From Desulfomicrobium sp. (GTDB lineage Bacteria > Desulfobacterota > Desulfovibrionia > Desulfovibrionales > Desulfomicrobiaceae), in assembly GCA_040768745.1 (NCBI GenBank), contig JAXGMI010000002.1, forward strand, positions 448,001 through 512,000: 64,000 bases of DNA. Reading direction: 5' to 3'. Under the pieces are notes generated by a model, which was not told where the DNA came from, did no database searches, and was given only the letters and a program-made list of their open reading frames with translations. Of this stretch, positions 38,935 through 49,542 are shown piece by piece. A program made the translations under genes and the position numbers. The number at the start of each line of letters is the position of its first letter. The first letter of the stretch is position 1.

Positions 38935-39945
38935 ATGAGGCTGCAGGATCTCTCCCGGGACTGGGCCAGACGATGTCTGGACATTCCACGCTTCTGCCTG
39001 GAAACCCTCGGCATTGACCTGCACCGAGCCAGGCTCGTGCTGGCCTACTCCGCGGGAGTGGACTCCACCGCCCTGCTGCACATTCTGTCCTGCCTGCGCG
39101 CCCCCCTCAAGCTGACCCTGACCGCTGCCCATGTCCACCACGGGTTGCGCCCAGACTCGGATCACGAGCAGAGCCATGCCGTGAAAACATGCGCCGCCCT
39201 TGACATCCCCTGCGCAACGACCCGCCTGACCATACCCGCCCATGGCCCGGGAATCGAAGCCAGGGCCAGACTCCAGCGCTACGCCTTCCTGGAAGAGGTG
39301 CGCCTCCGGTATGACGCCGCATGGATCGTCACGGCCCATCATGGCGAGGACCTGGCCGAGGACATCCTGCTGCGGTTGGTCCGCGGCACAGGATGGCCTG
39401 GATTGGGGGGAATGCAGGGGGTCGACCATACTCGCAGACTGCTGCGCCCTGTGTTGAACTGGGCAAAAAGGGACCTGCAAACCTTTCTGTCCGAGCATGG
39501 CATCACGTGGTGCGAGGACAGATCCAACCTGTCCGACCGACACACACGGAACAGATTCCGGCACACAATTCTGCCCCTTCTGCAGCGCGAGAACCCCCAA
39601 CTGACCAAAACCCTGCTTCACCTGTGGCGGTTGGCCCGCGTGGATGAGGACTACTGGGAACGTGTCTTGCCCCCAGTTCTCCCCGGGCAGGACGAGTATG
39701 TGCTAGACGCCGCATCCATCCCACCCCATCCGGCCCAGCGCCTGCGCGTCTTCAAAAAGATCCTTGACGCCATGGGCCCTGGCCAGGCCTTGGCCAGCCA
39801 TCTTTTCCTGCTGGACAAGGCCTGGACAGACCACAGCATCGGATGCACGGTCCAGTTTCCTGGGGATAAAATCGGATGTATCGCGGTTTCAGGCATTCGT
39901 TTCTCCCGACAGCAGCGTCGTCCTCTGCCTGCAACAAATATTTGA
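38935..39945 (+). CDS. tilS: tRNA(Ile)-lysidine synthetase
   Basis: YSAGVDS PP-loop, HVHHGLR, AHH.EDLAE, EDRSN, RNRFRH. Confidence 0.9.
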   Translation: MRLQDLSRDWARRCLDIPRFCLETLGIDLHRARLVLAYSAGVDSTALLHILSCLRAPLKLTLTAAHVHHGLRPDSDHEQSHAVKTCAALDIPCATTRLTIPAHGPGIEARARLQRYAFLEEVRLRYDAAWIVTAHHGEDLAEDILLRLVRGTGWPGLGGMQGVDHTRRLLRPVLNWAKRDLQTFLSEHGITWCEDRSNLSDRHTRNRFRHTILPLLQRENPQLTKTLLHLWRLARVDEDYWERVLPPVLPGQDEYVLDAASIPPHPAQRLRVFKKILDAMGPGQALASHLFLLDKAWTDHSIGCTVQFPGDKIGCIAVSGIRFSRQQRRPLPATNI

Positions 39946-40017
39946 CCATGCCTGGGAATGATTTCGGATTGCATATCTTTAGCGGAGCCCATCCATACCC
40001 TTCGACGAGCACAGACG

Positions 40018-41973
40018 ATGGCACATGCACCAAAACACAAATTCCAGATGACGCTCATAGCACCCGAAAAAGGGATGAGCGAAATCTTCAGCAAAATAGC
40101 CAAGAAGATGCGTGTGAACCTCCAGGTGGTCAAAGGCGGAGAATTGAATGCCATCGAGACAGTGCAAAACCTTTCTCCGGACAGCTGCGACGTAATTCTG
40201 GCCCGTCGCATTGTTGCCAGACACCTCCACCAGCATACAGCCATTCCAGTGATCAGCGTGGAACTGAGCACCCTGGACCTGCTGCGCATTTTGCAACCCT
40301 ATGTGGGCCATGTTCGCAAAATAACCCTCTTCCGTACCGATTCGCCTCTCTCAGGAGTGAACTATGTCGCCCACGCGCTCCGCATGGAGATTCACCAATG
40401 CATATACACCACCCTTGAAGAACTGAAACACAAAATCAGAACTCTTGAACGGGACACAGACTTGGTGATTGGCGGCATCCTGGCATATGATCTTGCCGTT
40501 CCGCTGGGTTTTGCGGCCATCAATATCGTGGACGAGGAGGAAATCGCGTGCAGGGCCATAAACGATGCCATTGAAGTGGCGCGATTTCAACGCAAAGAGC
40601 GGCAATGGAATCTCCGTCTCGAAACCCTGATGAACACCATCAGCGAAGGCGTCATTGTCTTGGACGAGTACGGCACGGTTCGCTGCAGCAATCCTGCTGC
40701 CGAGCGTCTGCTCAACTGCAGCCATGCGTCAATTCAGAAAAAGCACATCCTGGACGTCATGCCTGGCTTGTTCACCGAGAAGGAACTTGTGACGCACACA
40801 GCCTTGCACGCTCGGGTGCACGATATGAAGGGTAAAACACTCGTCGTCAACCGCGTGCCCATCATCTTTCAGAAAAAAGTCATGGGTACCGTTTGCACCT
40901 TCTCCGATGCGCGCCATATCCAGCAGGCTGCAGACAACCTGCGGAAAAAGGTCAAGTCCCGCGGGTTCACCACACGATATACCTTTGACGACATCAAGAC
41001 CCGCTCTCCCCGCATGCAAGGCATAAAGGAACTGGGCAAACTTTACGCATCCACAGAAGCAAGCCTGATCCTGTGCGGAGAGTCCGGAACGGGCAAGGAG
41101 GTTTTTGCCCAAAGCATCCACGCCGCAAGTCCACGCAAAGCTGGGCCGTTCGTGGCTGTGAACTGCGCTGCCATCCCCGAAGGCCTTCTTGAAAGCGAGT
41201 TGTTCGGTTACGAAGAAGGAGCCTTCACTGGAGCCCGACGTCAGGGGAAAGCTGGGTTGTTTGAAATTGCTCACACCGGGACCTTGCTCCTTGACGAAGT
41301 GAGTGATTTGCCGCTGTCCCTGCAGGGTCGCTTGCTGCGGGTTCTCCAGGAGAAGGAATTGATACGGGTCGGAGGAACGCAGATCATCCCTCTGGATGTA
41401 CGCGTCATCTGCGCCACATCCCGGGATCTTTCTCTGCAAGTCGAGAAAGGCGAATTCAGGGCTGACCTGTTTTACCGCGTCAACATACTTTCTTTGACCC
41501 TTCCTCCTCTCCGCGAACGTCCAGAAGACATAATGACTATCGCCACCCCCTTTCTGCTCGAACGTCTGCACCGTCCACCGGCAGCAAACACGCTTGATGA
41601 ACAACTTGGGCCATATCTGCTGGGTCACTCCTGGCCTGGAAACATCCGTGAACTGCGAAGCATAATGGAGAGATTGGTGATAGTGGCAAACTGTTCGGAG
41701 AACATTTCCCACTGGGGGACTCTGCTTTCCTCGGTATGGACGCCGTCTCCCTCTGTCAGCGAACCAGCGGAAAGCAACCACGAGCCCAGCCTCCCTCACC
41801 TGACAGGAAAACAACCTCTGCACTGCTCAGCAGCTCTCAAAGACCAGCTCCGGACCGCTGAACGGAACATCATCGAATCCACCCTGAACTTCTATGGCCA
41901 GGACATCGGCAAGGCCACAAAAGCTCTGAGAATCAGCCGCATGACACTTTGGCGCAAACTGACCCGCCAGTAG
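40018..41973 (+). CDS. PrpR-like sigma54-dependent activator (PrpR_N-PAS-AAA+-HTH)
   Basis: GESGTGKE, ESELFG, GAFTGA, FRADLFYR, WPGNIREL, ISRMTLWRK. Confidence 0.92.
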   Translation: MAHAPKHKFQMTLIAPEKGMSEIFSKIAKKMRVNLQVVKGGELNAIETVQNLSPDSCDVILARRIVARHLHQHTAIPVISVELSTLDLLRILQPYVGHVRKITLFRTDSPLSGVNYVAHALRMEIHQCIYTTLEELKHKIRTLERDTDLVIGGILAYDLAVPLGFAAINIVDEEEIACRAINDAIEVARFQRKERQWNLRLETLMNTISEGVIVLDEYGTVRCSNPAAERLLNCSHASIQKKHILDVMPGLFTEKELVTHTALHARVHDMKGKTLVVNRVPIIFQKKVMGTVCTFSDARHIQQAADNLRKKVKSRGFTTRYTFDDIKTRSPRMQGIKELGKLYASTEASLILCGESGTGKEVFAQSIHAASPRKAGPFVAVNCAAIPEGLLESELFGYEEGAFTGARRQGKAGLFEIAHTGTLLLDEVSDLPLSLQGRLLRVLQEKELIRVGGTQIIPLDVRVICATSRDLSLQVEKGEFRADLFYRVNILSLTLPPLRERPEDIMTIATPFLLERLHRPPAANTLDEQLGPYLLGHSWPGNIRELRSIMERLVIVANCSENISHWGTLLSSVWTPSPSVSEPAESNHEPSLPHLTGKQPLHCSAALKDQLRTAERNIIESTLNFYGQDIGKATKALRISRMTLWRKLTRQ

Positions 41974-41986
41974 TCATTGACTCCAA

Positions 41987-42036
41987 AATTTTTGTATCAT
42001 TTTTGATATTCTTATAACAAAATTGATACAAAAATT
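41987..42036. promoter_or_regulatory. AT-rich palindrome, candidate enhancer (UAS) for the sigma54 activator
   Basis: AATTTTTGTATCA (41987-41999) and TGATACAAAAATT (42024-42036) are perfect 13-bp inverted arms; inner region also near-symmetric. Confidence 0.65.
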
Positions 42037-42110
42037 CAATTACGCCATTCCCTAGATCTTGCATCCTGTCACTTTGCCTTGAAACCATACGGTTTTTTTT
42101 CTGTCCGTTA

Positions 42111-42125
42111 TGGCCCATTTCTTGA
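42111..42125 (+). promoter_or_regulatory. Putative sigma54 -24/-12 promoter
   Basis: TGGCCCATTTCTTGA matches TGGCAC-N5-TTGC spacing, with GA at -12. Confidence 0.55.
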
Positions 42126-42217
42126 TCAAAAGATATTCAGTTCGCTTTTGGGTTTGCCCTAACGGACCCTGGCTAGGACATGAGTACCTAAGGAACCTCT
42201 AACAAGGATGGAAATCC

Positions 42218-43216
42218 ATGAAAAAGCTTATCCCGGCCTTGCTTGTTCTCGCCTGCATGCTTTGGACCGGCAACAGATCTGAAGTTCATGCAGCCTACCC
42301 CTACGACAAACCCATCAATCTCATCGTTCCATTCGGCCCTGGCGGTGCGGTGGACATTGCTTCCCGCATCCTTTCCGACTATTTCCAGCAAAATTACAAG
42401 ATCACCATTAACGTGATCAATAAAACTGGTGGCGGACAGGCCGTAGGCCTGAACGAAATGCTGCACGCCCGGCCGGATGGCTACACGATGGCCTTCCCTG
42501 GTTTCGGCGGCCCTTCGGTGACTACCAAACTGAGCAACGTCGGCTTCACCCACAAAGACCTGAAACCCGTCGCCCAGATCACTGTCATGGAACTGGTCTT
42601 TGCTACCAGCGCGAGCTCGGGCCTGGACACCTTCGCCAAGTTCCTCGAGCGGGCCAAGAGTGACTCCGCCAACACCGTTTATGCCACAACTGGGGCCATC
42701 ACCACCCAGCGCCTCTATCTGACCAAGTTGCTCGATCGCTTCCATAAAGACATCCAACTCCGCCACACGGCGTACGGCAGCGGGCACGAAGTGAGTACCG
42801 CCCTGCTCGGAAAACACATTACGGCCGGATTCCAGGTCCCCACCAATGTGCTGCCCTATGTGGAGTCCGGGGATTTCAAGGCCATCGCCATCTCACGCGC
42901 CGAACGTAGCCCCGACCTGCCCGATACGCCAACGTTCCGCGAACTCTATGCCGGACAGCTCAAGCCTGAAGACGAAAAGTGGATCGACCTCGGATCCTGG
43001 CACGGCCTGGTCACGTCAAACAAGGTTCCCGATGAGAATATTGCCGCCTTCCAGCCCTTGCTTCTCAAAGCATTGCAGGACCCCGACGTGATCGCCAAGT
43101 TCAAAAAGGTGGGTCTGTCCATCGACTACCTCGGGCCGAAGGAATTCGGCGAGGTCATTCAAACCTCGTCCGACCTTGTGGACGAGATTCTCGCCGGCCG
43201 CAAATCCCTGGACTGA
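42218..43216 (+). CDS. Tripartite tricarboxylate transporter binding protein (TctC/Bug)
   Basis: Signal peptide, YPYDKPINLIVPFGPGG, GGGQAVG, PDGYT. Confidence 0.92.
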   Translation: MKKLIPALLVLACMLWTGNRSEVHAAYPYDKPINLIVPFGPGGAVDIASRILSDYFQQNYKITINVINKTGGGQAVGLNEMLHARPDGYTMAFPGFGGPSVTTKLSNVGFTHKDLKPVAQITVMELVFATSASSGLDTFAKFLERAKSDSANTVYATTGAITTQRLYLTKLLDRFHKDIQLRHTAYGSGHEVSTALLGKHITAGFQVPTNVLPYVESGDFKAIAISRAERSPDLPDTPTFRELYAGQLKPEDEKWIDLGSWHGLVTSNKVPDENIAAFQPLLLKALQDPDVIAKFKKVGLSIDYLGPKEFGEVIQTSSDLVDEILAGRKSLD

Positions 43217-43225
43217 TCCAAGTGC

Positions 43226-43255
43226 AGTGCGGGCGCAGAAAAATGCGCCCGCACT
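43226..43255 (+). terminator. 12-bp intercistronic hairpin after tctC
   Basis: AGTGCGGGCGCA-GAAAAA-TGCGCCCGCACT; weak T tail. Confidence 0.6.
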
Positions 43256-43309
43256 CTTTCCGGTCAGACAGGTCAGATCGTCAAGGGTCCGGACAACAAG
43301 GAATTCACC

Positions 43310-43786
43310 ATGAAGAACAAGACGGATTTTTTCTGCAGCTTGGCTCTGCTCGCAGCCTGTGTTCTGCTTGGACACCAGATCTGGCTGCTGCCCGCACCTG
43401 CCTCTAAAGCCATCATCACTGCAGCCACGTTCCCCACCTGGATCATCAGCTTCATGACGTTATTGTCCTGCGTGCTGCTGTTCAAAAGTCTGTTCGGGGC
43501 CAAGGGACGCGGAGACTGGCCGGAACGACCGATTTTCATTCCCATTCTCATGATGGGACTGCTCATTCTGGCCTATATCGCCGGCTTCATCCTACTCGGC
43601 GACTATGCCATGCAAAACGACTTCCCCGAAGGAACCGGGTTTGTGATCACCACGTGGCTGTTCCTTGTCGCAGCCCAGTACATGGCCAGATACCGCCACC
43701 TGGTGCGCGTCCCGTTGATCGCCACAGCCATGACGGCAGGCATGTTCACGGTATTCTCCGTTCTGTTCAAAGTCCCACTCCCCTAA
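43310..43786 (+). CDS. TctB small membrane subunit
   Basis: 4-5 TMs, FP motif, ends LFKVPLP. Confidence 0.85.
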   Translation: MKNKTDFFCSLALLAACVLLGHQIWLLPAPASKAIITAATFPTWIISFMTLLSCVLLFKSLFGAKGRGDWPERPIFIPILMMGLLILAYIAGFILLGDYAMQNDFPEGTGFVITTWLFLVAAQYMARYRHLVRVPLIATAMTAGMFTVFSVLFKVPLP

Positions 43787-43797
43787 GGCGGTGAATC

Positions 43798-45294
43798 ATG
43801 TTTGAAACCATTCTTGAAGCCGCCCGCGCGGCATGCAGCCTGGAAGCGATCGTGGCCAATTTCATCGGAACAGCGCTGGGCATCGTATTCGGAGCTCTGC
43901 CCGGGCTGACCGCCGTCATGGGCGTAGCCCTGCTCATCCCTCTGACCTTCGGTCTTGCGCCGGTGACCGCGTTCTCGGCCCTGCTCGGCATGTTCTGCGG
44001 GGCCATCTATGCGGGGAGCATCACCGCCATCCTGGTCAGCACCCCAGGTACGGCTGCGGCTGCCGCCACCATGCTCGAAGGCCCGAAATTCACGGCCCGG
44101 GGCGAATCCCTCAAGGCCCTGGATATGACGACCCTTGGTTCCTTTGTCGGGGGAATCCTCTCTTGTGTGGCCCTGACCACCGTGGCCCCGCAGTTGGCCC
44201 GCTTCGCCCTGGACTTCAGCGCGCCTGAATATTTCTCTCTGGGTCTCTTCGGCCTGACCGTTGTCGCAACCCTGTCCGAGGGCGCGCTGCTCAAAGGCAC
44301 CATCGCCGCCTGTCTGGGACTGATTATCGCCATGATCGGCATGGATCCCCTCTCCGGGGACATGCGCATGACTTTTGACCAACCCGGTCTCATCAACGGC
44401 ATAGCTCTGGTTCCTGCCCTGGTGGGTCTGTACGCCCTGTCCCAGGTGTTCGTGTCCCTGGAGCAGGTGTTCAGGGGAACTACCCTCAAACCGGCGGAGA
44501 TCTCCCGCGAGGGTTTGAGCCTGAAGGAATTCTGGCTGTACAAAAAAATCCTTCTGCTCAGTTCGGCCATCGGCATCTTCATCGGCATCGTCCCGGCCAC
44601 CGGGGCAGGCACAGCCTCTTTTGTGGCCTATGGCGAAGCCAAACGCATGTCCAAAAACCCGGAACAGTTCGGACACGGCTCCCTGGAAGGCTTGTGCGCC
44701 ACGGAAACGGCAAACAATGCCGTGACCGGTGGCGCGCTGATCCCACTTCTGACCCTGGGCGTGCCAGGGGACGTGGTCACGGCCGTCATGCTCGGAGCGC
44801 TCATGATCCAGGGCATAACCCCTGGGCCCTTGCTGTTTCAGAACCAGGCTCCCCTCGTCTACGGCATCTTCATCGCCCTGTTCATCTCCAACATCTTCAT
44901 GGTGTTGATGGGGATGTTCACCGTGCGTCTGTTCTCCAAAGTGGTGCTCATTCCCGGAGGGATTCTCCTGCCCCTGGTGACCACCCTGTGCGTGGTCGGA
45001 GGCTATGCGCTGAACAATTCCAATTTCGATCTCGGGGTGATGGGCGCCTTCGGCGTGCTCGGATATGTCATGATCAAGGCCCGGTTTCCGCTGGCCCCCC
45101 TGCTTTTGGCCATGATCCTCTCGGGGATCATTGAAACCAACTTCCGCCGCGCCCTGGACATTTCCAACAACGATTTCAGCGTATTTTTCACCCGGCCCAT
45201 CTGCGCGGCGTTCATTGGCATCAGCGCAGTCATCCTGCTGAACCTGCTCCGCAAGCAGTTTTTCAAGAAGAACGTCATCCCACTCAACAATTAA
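43798..45294 (+). CDS. TctA large membrane subunit
   Basis: GALPGL, TPGT, ETANNA, TLGVPG. Confidence 0.93.
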   Translation: MFETILEAARAACSLEAIVANFIGTALGIVFGALPGLTAVMGVALLIPLTFGLAPVTAFSALLGMFCGAIYAGSITAILVSTPGTAAAAATMLEGPKFTARGESLKALDMTTLGSFVGGILSCVALTTVAPQLARFALDFSAPEYFSLGLFGLTVVATLSEGALLKGTIAACLGLIIAMIGMDPLSGDMRMTFDQPGLINGIALVPALVGLYALSQVFVSLEQVFRGTTLKPAEISREGLSLKEFWLYKKILLLSSAIGIFIGIVPATGAGTASFVAYGEAKRMSKNPEQFGHGSLEGLCATETANNAVTGGALIPLLTLGVPGDVVTAVMLGALMIQGITPGPLLFQNQAPLVYGIFIALFISNIFMVLMGMFTVRLFSKVVLIPGGILLPLVTTLCVVGGYALNNSNFDLGVMGAFGVLGYVMIKARFPLAPLLLAMILSGIIETNFRRALDISNNDFSVFFTRPICAAFIGISAVILLNLLRKQFFKKNVIPLNN

Positions 45295-45393
45295 ATGAGC
45301 AGGACGCTCACATGGCCGCATCTGCCTGCGCCCTTGCGCAATTTTGAAACTTGAAACATTTTCTCCATCCAGATCCTGATACAAGGACGGGTT

Positions 45394-47040
45394 ATGCCGA
45401 AAGCAACACATATCTACCACAACGGCGTCATCCTGACCATGGACTCCCGGGCGTCCATAGTCACCTGCCTTGCCGTCGCCAACGATACAATCCTGGCCGT
45501 CGGCTCCGAAACCGAGGTGGCCCCGTTTGCGGATGAGGAGACCGTGCTCATCAATCTGCAAGGTCAGTTCATGATGCCCGGTTTTTACGACTGCCACAGT
45601 CATTTCATGCGAGCCGGCATGTACGCTGAGTTCTATCTCGACGTGAATGCCCACCCCATAGGCTCTGTGCGTGAAATGAATGATATCCGCCGACTTGTTC
45701 GGGACAGGGCCGTGACCCTGTCTCCAGGTTCATGGATCCTCTGCGCCGGGTACGACGACACGGCCATGCAGGAGGCCAGACATTTCACCCTGGCCGAACT
45801 GGACGCCATGGCCCCGGACCATCCCCTCTTTCTGCGGCACATTTCCGGACATCTCGCCCTCTGCAACAGCAAGGCCTTCGCCGCCGCCGGGATCACAGGG
45901 GAAACCTTGAACCCGCCCGGAGGGTTGTTCCGCCACGATGCGGACGGACATCTGACCGGGTTGGTCGAGGAGCCCGCCGCCATGGAGATGCTCCTGGAAG
46001 CCGCCCCGGCCATGACCGATGAAAAATGGCGTACCTCCGTGATTCGCGCCACCAACGACTATATCGCCAAAGGTGTGACCACTGCTCACGACGGGGGCGT
46101 GACCACCTCCATGTGGAAGAATTACATGGCCGCGCACAAGGAGGGACTGCTCAAGAACCGCGTTCAGCTTCTCCCCAGGCATGGAGGCTTTGACTTCCGC
46201 CTGGCTCCGACCACCAAATGCGGCACCCCCCTGACCAAGGACAACCAGTTGACCCTCGGTGCGGTCAAATTGTTTCAGGACGGCAGTATCCAAGGGTATA
46301 CCGGATACCTTTCCACTCCGTATCACAAGGTCATCGAGAATTGTTTTCCAGACGGCCCTCTGTGGCGCGGCTATCCGATCTATCCATTGCATGAGGTTGT
46401 GGATTTGGTCACAGCGTACCATCGGGCCGGCTGGCAGGTTGCTGTTCACGGCAACGGCGACAATGGCATCGGCGACATCCTCACAGCGTTCGAGGAAGCC
46501 CAGAAAGCCTATCCCCGGGCCGATGCCCGACATATCATCATCCATTGTCAGACCGTGCGCGAGGACCAACTCGACAGCATCAGCCGCTTGGGTGCAGTGC
46601 CTTCTTTTTTTGTAGTGCACACCTACTACTGGGGGGACCGTCACCGGGACATTTTTCTCGGGGAGGAGCGGGCCGCACGCATCAACCCTCTGCACAGCGC
46701 TCTCAAACGCCGCATTCGGTTCACGAACCACAACGACACCGCAGTTACACCCATGGATCCCATTCTTTCAGTGTGGTCGGCCGTCACCCGGAAGACAAGC
46801 AGCGGAAAGACCCTCGGTCAACAACAGAGGATTCCTGTCCTGGATGCACTGCGCAGCGTCACGACCTGGGGCGCGTACCAGTTCCACGAAGAACATCTCA
46901 AGGGAAGCCTTGAGCCTGGTAAACTGGCGGACATGGTCGTTCTGGACAAAAATCCTCTGGAGATCGAACCAGAGAGCATCCGCGATATATGCGTGCTGGC
47001 AACCATCGTCGGTAACAATCTCGTATACGGATCCATTTGA
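45394..47040 (+). CDS. YtcJ-like amidohydrolase (Amidohydro_3)
   Basis: PGFYDCHSH, KLFQDGS, HGNGD, IIHCQ, GSLEPGKLAD. Confidence 0.92.
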   Translation: MPKATHIYHNGVILTMDSRASIVTCLAVANDTILAVGSETEVAPFADEETVLINLQGQFMMPGFYDCHSHFMRAGMYAEFYLDVNAHPIGSVREMNDIRRLVRDRAVTLSPGSWILCAGYDDTAMQEARHFTLAELDAMAPDHPLFLRHISGHLALCNSKAFAAAGITGETLNPPGGLFRHDADGHLTGLVEEPAAMEMLLEAAPAMTDEKWRTSVIRATNDYIAKGVTTAHDGGVTTSMWKNYMAAHKEGLLKNRVQLLPRHGGFDFRLAPTTKCGTPLTKDNQLTLGAVKLFQDGSIQGYTGYLSTPYHKVIENCFPDGPLWRGYPIYPLHEVVDLVTAYHRAGWQVAVHGNGDNGIGDILTAFEEAQKAYPRADARHIIIHCQTVREDQLDSISRLGAVPSFFVVHTYYWGDRHRDIFLGEERAARINPLHSALKRRIRFTNHNDTAVTPMDPILSVWSAVTRKTSSGKTLGQQQRIPVLDALRSVTTWGAYQFHEEHLKGSLEPGKLADMVVLDKNPLEIEPESIRDICVLATIVGNNLVYGSI

Positions 47041-47282
47041 TGGGGGTGACTTGAACGTGGGCAATATTCTGCAATCACCTTCTAACCCGCCTGGGGAGGA
47101 ATGACGAGCCGGCCCCTTGGCAGCATGACAGTGGTCAAGACCGCATGCACGGCTGCATCCTGTCCCCGTCCCCAGGTCTACAGAAGATGCTTGACATCCG
47201 GACAGGTTCATACATGGATGGCCCTTGAGGCTTTCGGACTGGATGAATCAGGTCAGCAAACGCTGGCAATGGATCGTAACCC

Positions 47283-47933
47283 ATGCAAAAACACCGTATC
47301 GTCATCGCGGAAGACCACGCCCTGTTTCGCGACGGACTCAACTCCCTCATCAGCTCCAGGCCCGATTTGGAGGTTGTGGGCGTGGCTGGAGACGGCATCG
47401 AGGCCATCCGGCTGGTGCAGGAGAAGAAACCTGCGCTGCTGCTCCTGGACCTATCCATGCCCAATCTGGGTGGAATTGAGGCTCTCAAGAAGATCAAACA
47501 GATATCCCCCGCTACCAAGGTTCTCGTCGTCTCCATGCACGCCACGGAGACCTACCTCAGGGCCGCGCTCAAGGCCGGAGCCAATGGATACCTGCTCAAG
47601 ATGGCCGACCAGAACGAATTTCACGTTGCCATTCAGGCCGTCCTCGCCGGAAGGGCCTACATCAGTTCCGAATTCGCCAGCCATGTGCTCGACGTCTATC
47701 GCCATTTGGAGGAGCCGGAACAGTCATCCCTGGACATCCTGACGATCAGGGAACGCGAAGTGCTCAAACTTGTGGCCGAGGGAAAAACCAACCGAGAAGT
47801 AGCGGAGCTGCTCTGCATCTCACCCAAGACGGCCGACAACCACCGCACCAACGTCATGCGCAAGCTCGACCTGCATCGGGCCATTGACCTCAGCAATTAT
47901 GCCCGACAGCACGGGCTGCTGTTGGAAAAATAA
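47283..47933 (+). CDS. NarL/LuxR-family response regulator
   Basis: AEDH, LLDLSMP, GYLLK, LTIREREVL HTH. Confidence 0.94.
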   Translation: MQKHRIVIAEDHALFRDGLNSLISSRPDLEVVGVAGDGIEAIRLVQEKKPALLLLDLSMPNLGGIEALKKIKQISPATKVLVVSMHATETYLRAALKAGANGYLLKMADQNEFHVAIQAVLAGRAYISSEFASHVLDVYRHLEEPEQSSLDILTIREREVLKLVAEGKTNREVAELLCISPKTADNHRTNVMRKLDLHRAIDLSNYARQHGLLLEK

Positions 47934-47949
47934 CCAAGCGGAAAAAACA

Positions 47950-49542
47950 GTGCGCCAGTTGTCGACATGCCTGATCATCTTGCTCCTCCTCTGCTGCACA
48001 AGGCAGGCTGCGGCAGAACCCGTCAGACCGGTCCATGGCGGCCGGCTCGTGGTGGCCCTGAACAACATTCCTGCTCACTTCAACCCGGCCGTGCACTCGG
48101 GGCTCCTGACCGGCCTGGTCGGATCCCAGATTTTCGCAGGCCTCATCAGGTGTGACCGCCAAGGTCAGCCCCATCCCCATCTTGCCAAATCCTGGGAGTA
48201 TTCCGAAGACGGTCTCGTACTGACACTGCATCTTCGGGAAGACGCCGTTTTTCATGACGGGGCTCCCGTCAGTGCGCAGGATGTGGTTTTTTCCATCCAG
48301 ACCGTGCAGCGCTTCCATCCGTTCACGCCCATGCTAGAGGCCATCGACACAGTGGAGGCCCCGGACGACCATACGGTCATCGTCCGCCTGCGCCACCGTC
48401 ACCCTGCCCTGCTGAAGATTTTTACCGCGACTCTGACTCCAATCCTGCCCGCACATATCTACGGGGACGGCCAGAACATCCGCACGCATCCCGCGAACTG
48501 GAACGCCGTTGGTTCCGGACCATTCCGCCTCACGGCCTACCAGCCTGGACGTCGCATCGTTCTCCAACGATTCAATGACTATTTTCTCGGGGGACGGCCT
48601 TTTCTGGACACAGTCGAATTTGAGATTTTTCCCGGTCCCGATGAAATTCTTATGGCCATGGAAGCCGGGGAAGTTCAGCTGTCCGGCTTTTCTCCCCTTG
48701 TCGACCACCATGAACAAGCCGCCAAGACAGAACACCTGGTCGTCTCCACCGAAGGGCTGGATGGCATAGGGGCCATGCTCTGGATCGGCTTCAACCTGAA
48801 AAAGGCGCCCCTCCACGACCGCAGGGTCCGACAGGCCATCGCCCTGGCCATCGATCGGGAATTCATCGCACAGTATATACTGCGCGGGTCGTCCATGGCC
48901 ATGGACGGCCCCCTGGTGCCCAATAACCCGTTCTATGCGCCACCTGATACTCCTTCCAGGCTCGACCTCGCCGAGGCCAACCGTCTTCTGGACGAAGCAG
49001 GATACAGGCGCGATACAACCGGCAAGCGTATGACCTTGGAGATGGATTATCCGCCCAATGCAGCAAACCTCGCCCTCCCACTCATCAAATATCTCCGCCA
49101 TTCTTTGAGCCGGACAGTGGGGATCGACCTGTCCATCAGAAAAAACAGGGACGATACGGAATGGTCGAACCATGTGTCTTCCGGCAACTTTCAGTCGACC
49201 ATCGACATCGTCTTCACCTGGGGGGATCCGCTGATCGGTGTGCACAGGACATACCATTCCGCCAATATCCGTCCCGGAGTGCTGTGGTCCAACACCCAGG
49301 CCTATTCCAATCCCGAGGTTGATCAGCTTCTGGATCTGGCCGGACAGGAGGTGGACTTCATCCGCCGCAAGGAGCTCTATGCCCGATTCCAGCGTATCGT
49401 CAGGTACGATCAGCCCATGGTCTGGCTTGGGACCATGCCCTACGCCACAATCCATGACCGGCGGCTGCGGGGAGTCGGGGATTCCTACTGGGGTCTGCTG
49501 GGGCCCATGGATGAAGTGTTCTGGGCAAAGGAAACGCAATGA
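47950..49542 (+). CDS. Family-5 (OppA/DppA-like) periplasmic binding protein
   Basis: LAKSWE, FHDG, GSGPF, VRQAIALAIDR; GTG start inferred. Confidence 0.9.
   Translation: MRQLSTCLIILLLLCCTRQAAAEPVRPVHGGRLVVALNNIPAHFNPAVHSGLLTGLVGSQIFAGLIRCDRQGQPHPHLAKSWEYSEDGLVLTLHLREDAVFHDGAPVSAQDVVFSIQTVQRFHPFTPMLEAIDTVEAPDDHTVIVRLRHRHPALLKIFTATLTPILPAHIYGDGQNIRTHPANWNAVGSGPFRLTAYQPGRRIVLQRFNDYFLGGRPFLDTVEFEIFPGPDEILMAMEAGEVQLSGFSPLVDHHEQAAKTEHLVVSTEGLDGIGAMLWIGFNLKKAPLHDRRVRQAIALAIDREFIAQYILRGSSMAMDGPLVPNNPFYAPPDTPSRLDLAEANRLLDEAGYRRDTTGKRMTLEMDYPPNAANLALPLIKYLRHSLSRTVGIDLSIRKNRDDTEWSNHVSSGNFQSTIDIVFTWGDPLIGVHRTYHSANIRPGVLWSNTQAYSNPEVDQLLDLAGQEVDFIRRKELYARFQRIVRYDQPMVWLGTMPYATIHDRRLRGVGDSYWGLLGPMDEVFWAKETQ

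Noticed and set aside
43783..45654. 623-aa minus-strand ORF
   Set aside because: Antisense shadow of tctA and the amidohydrolase
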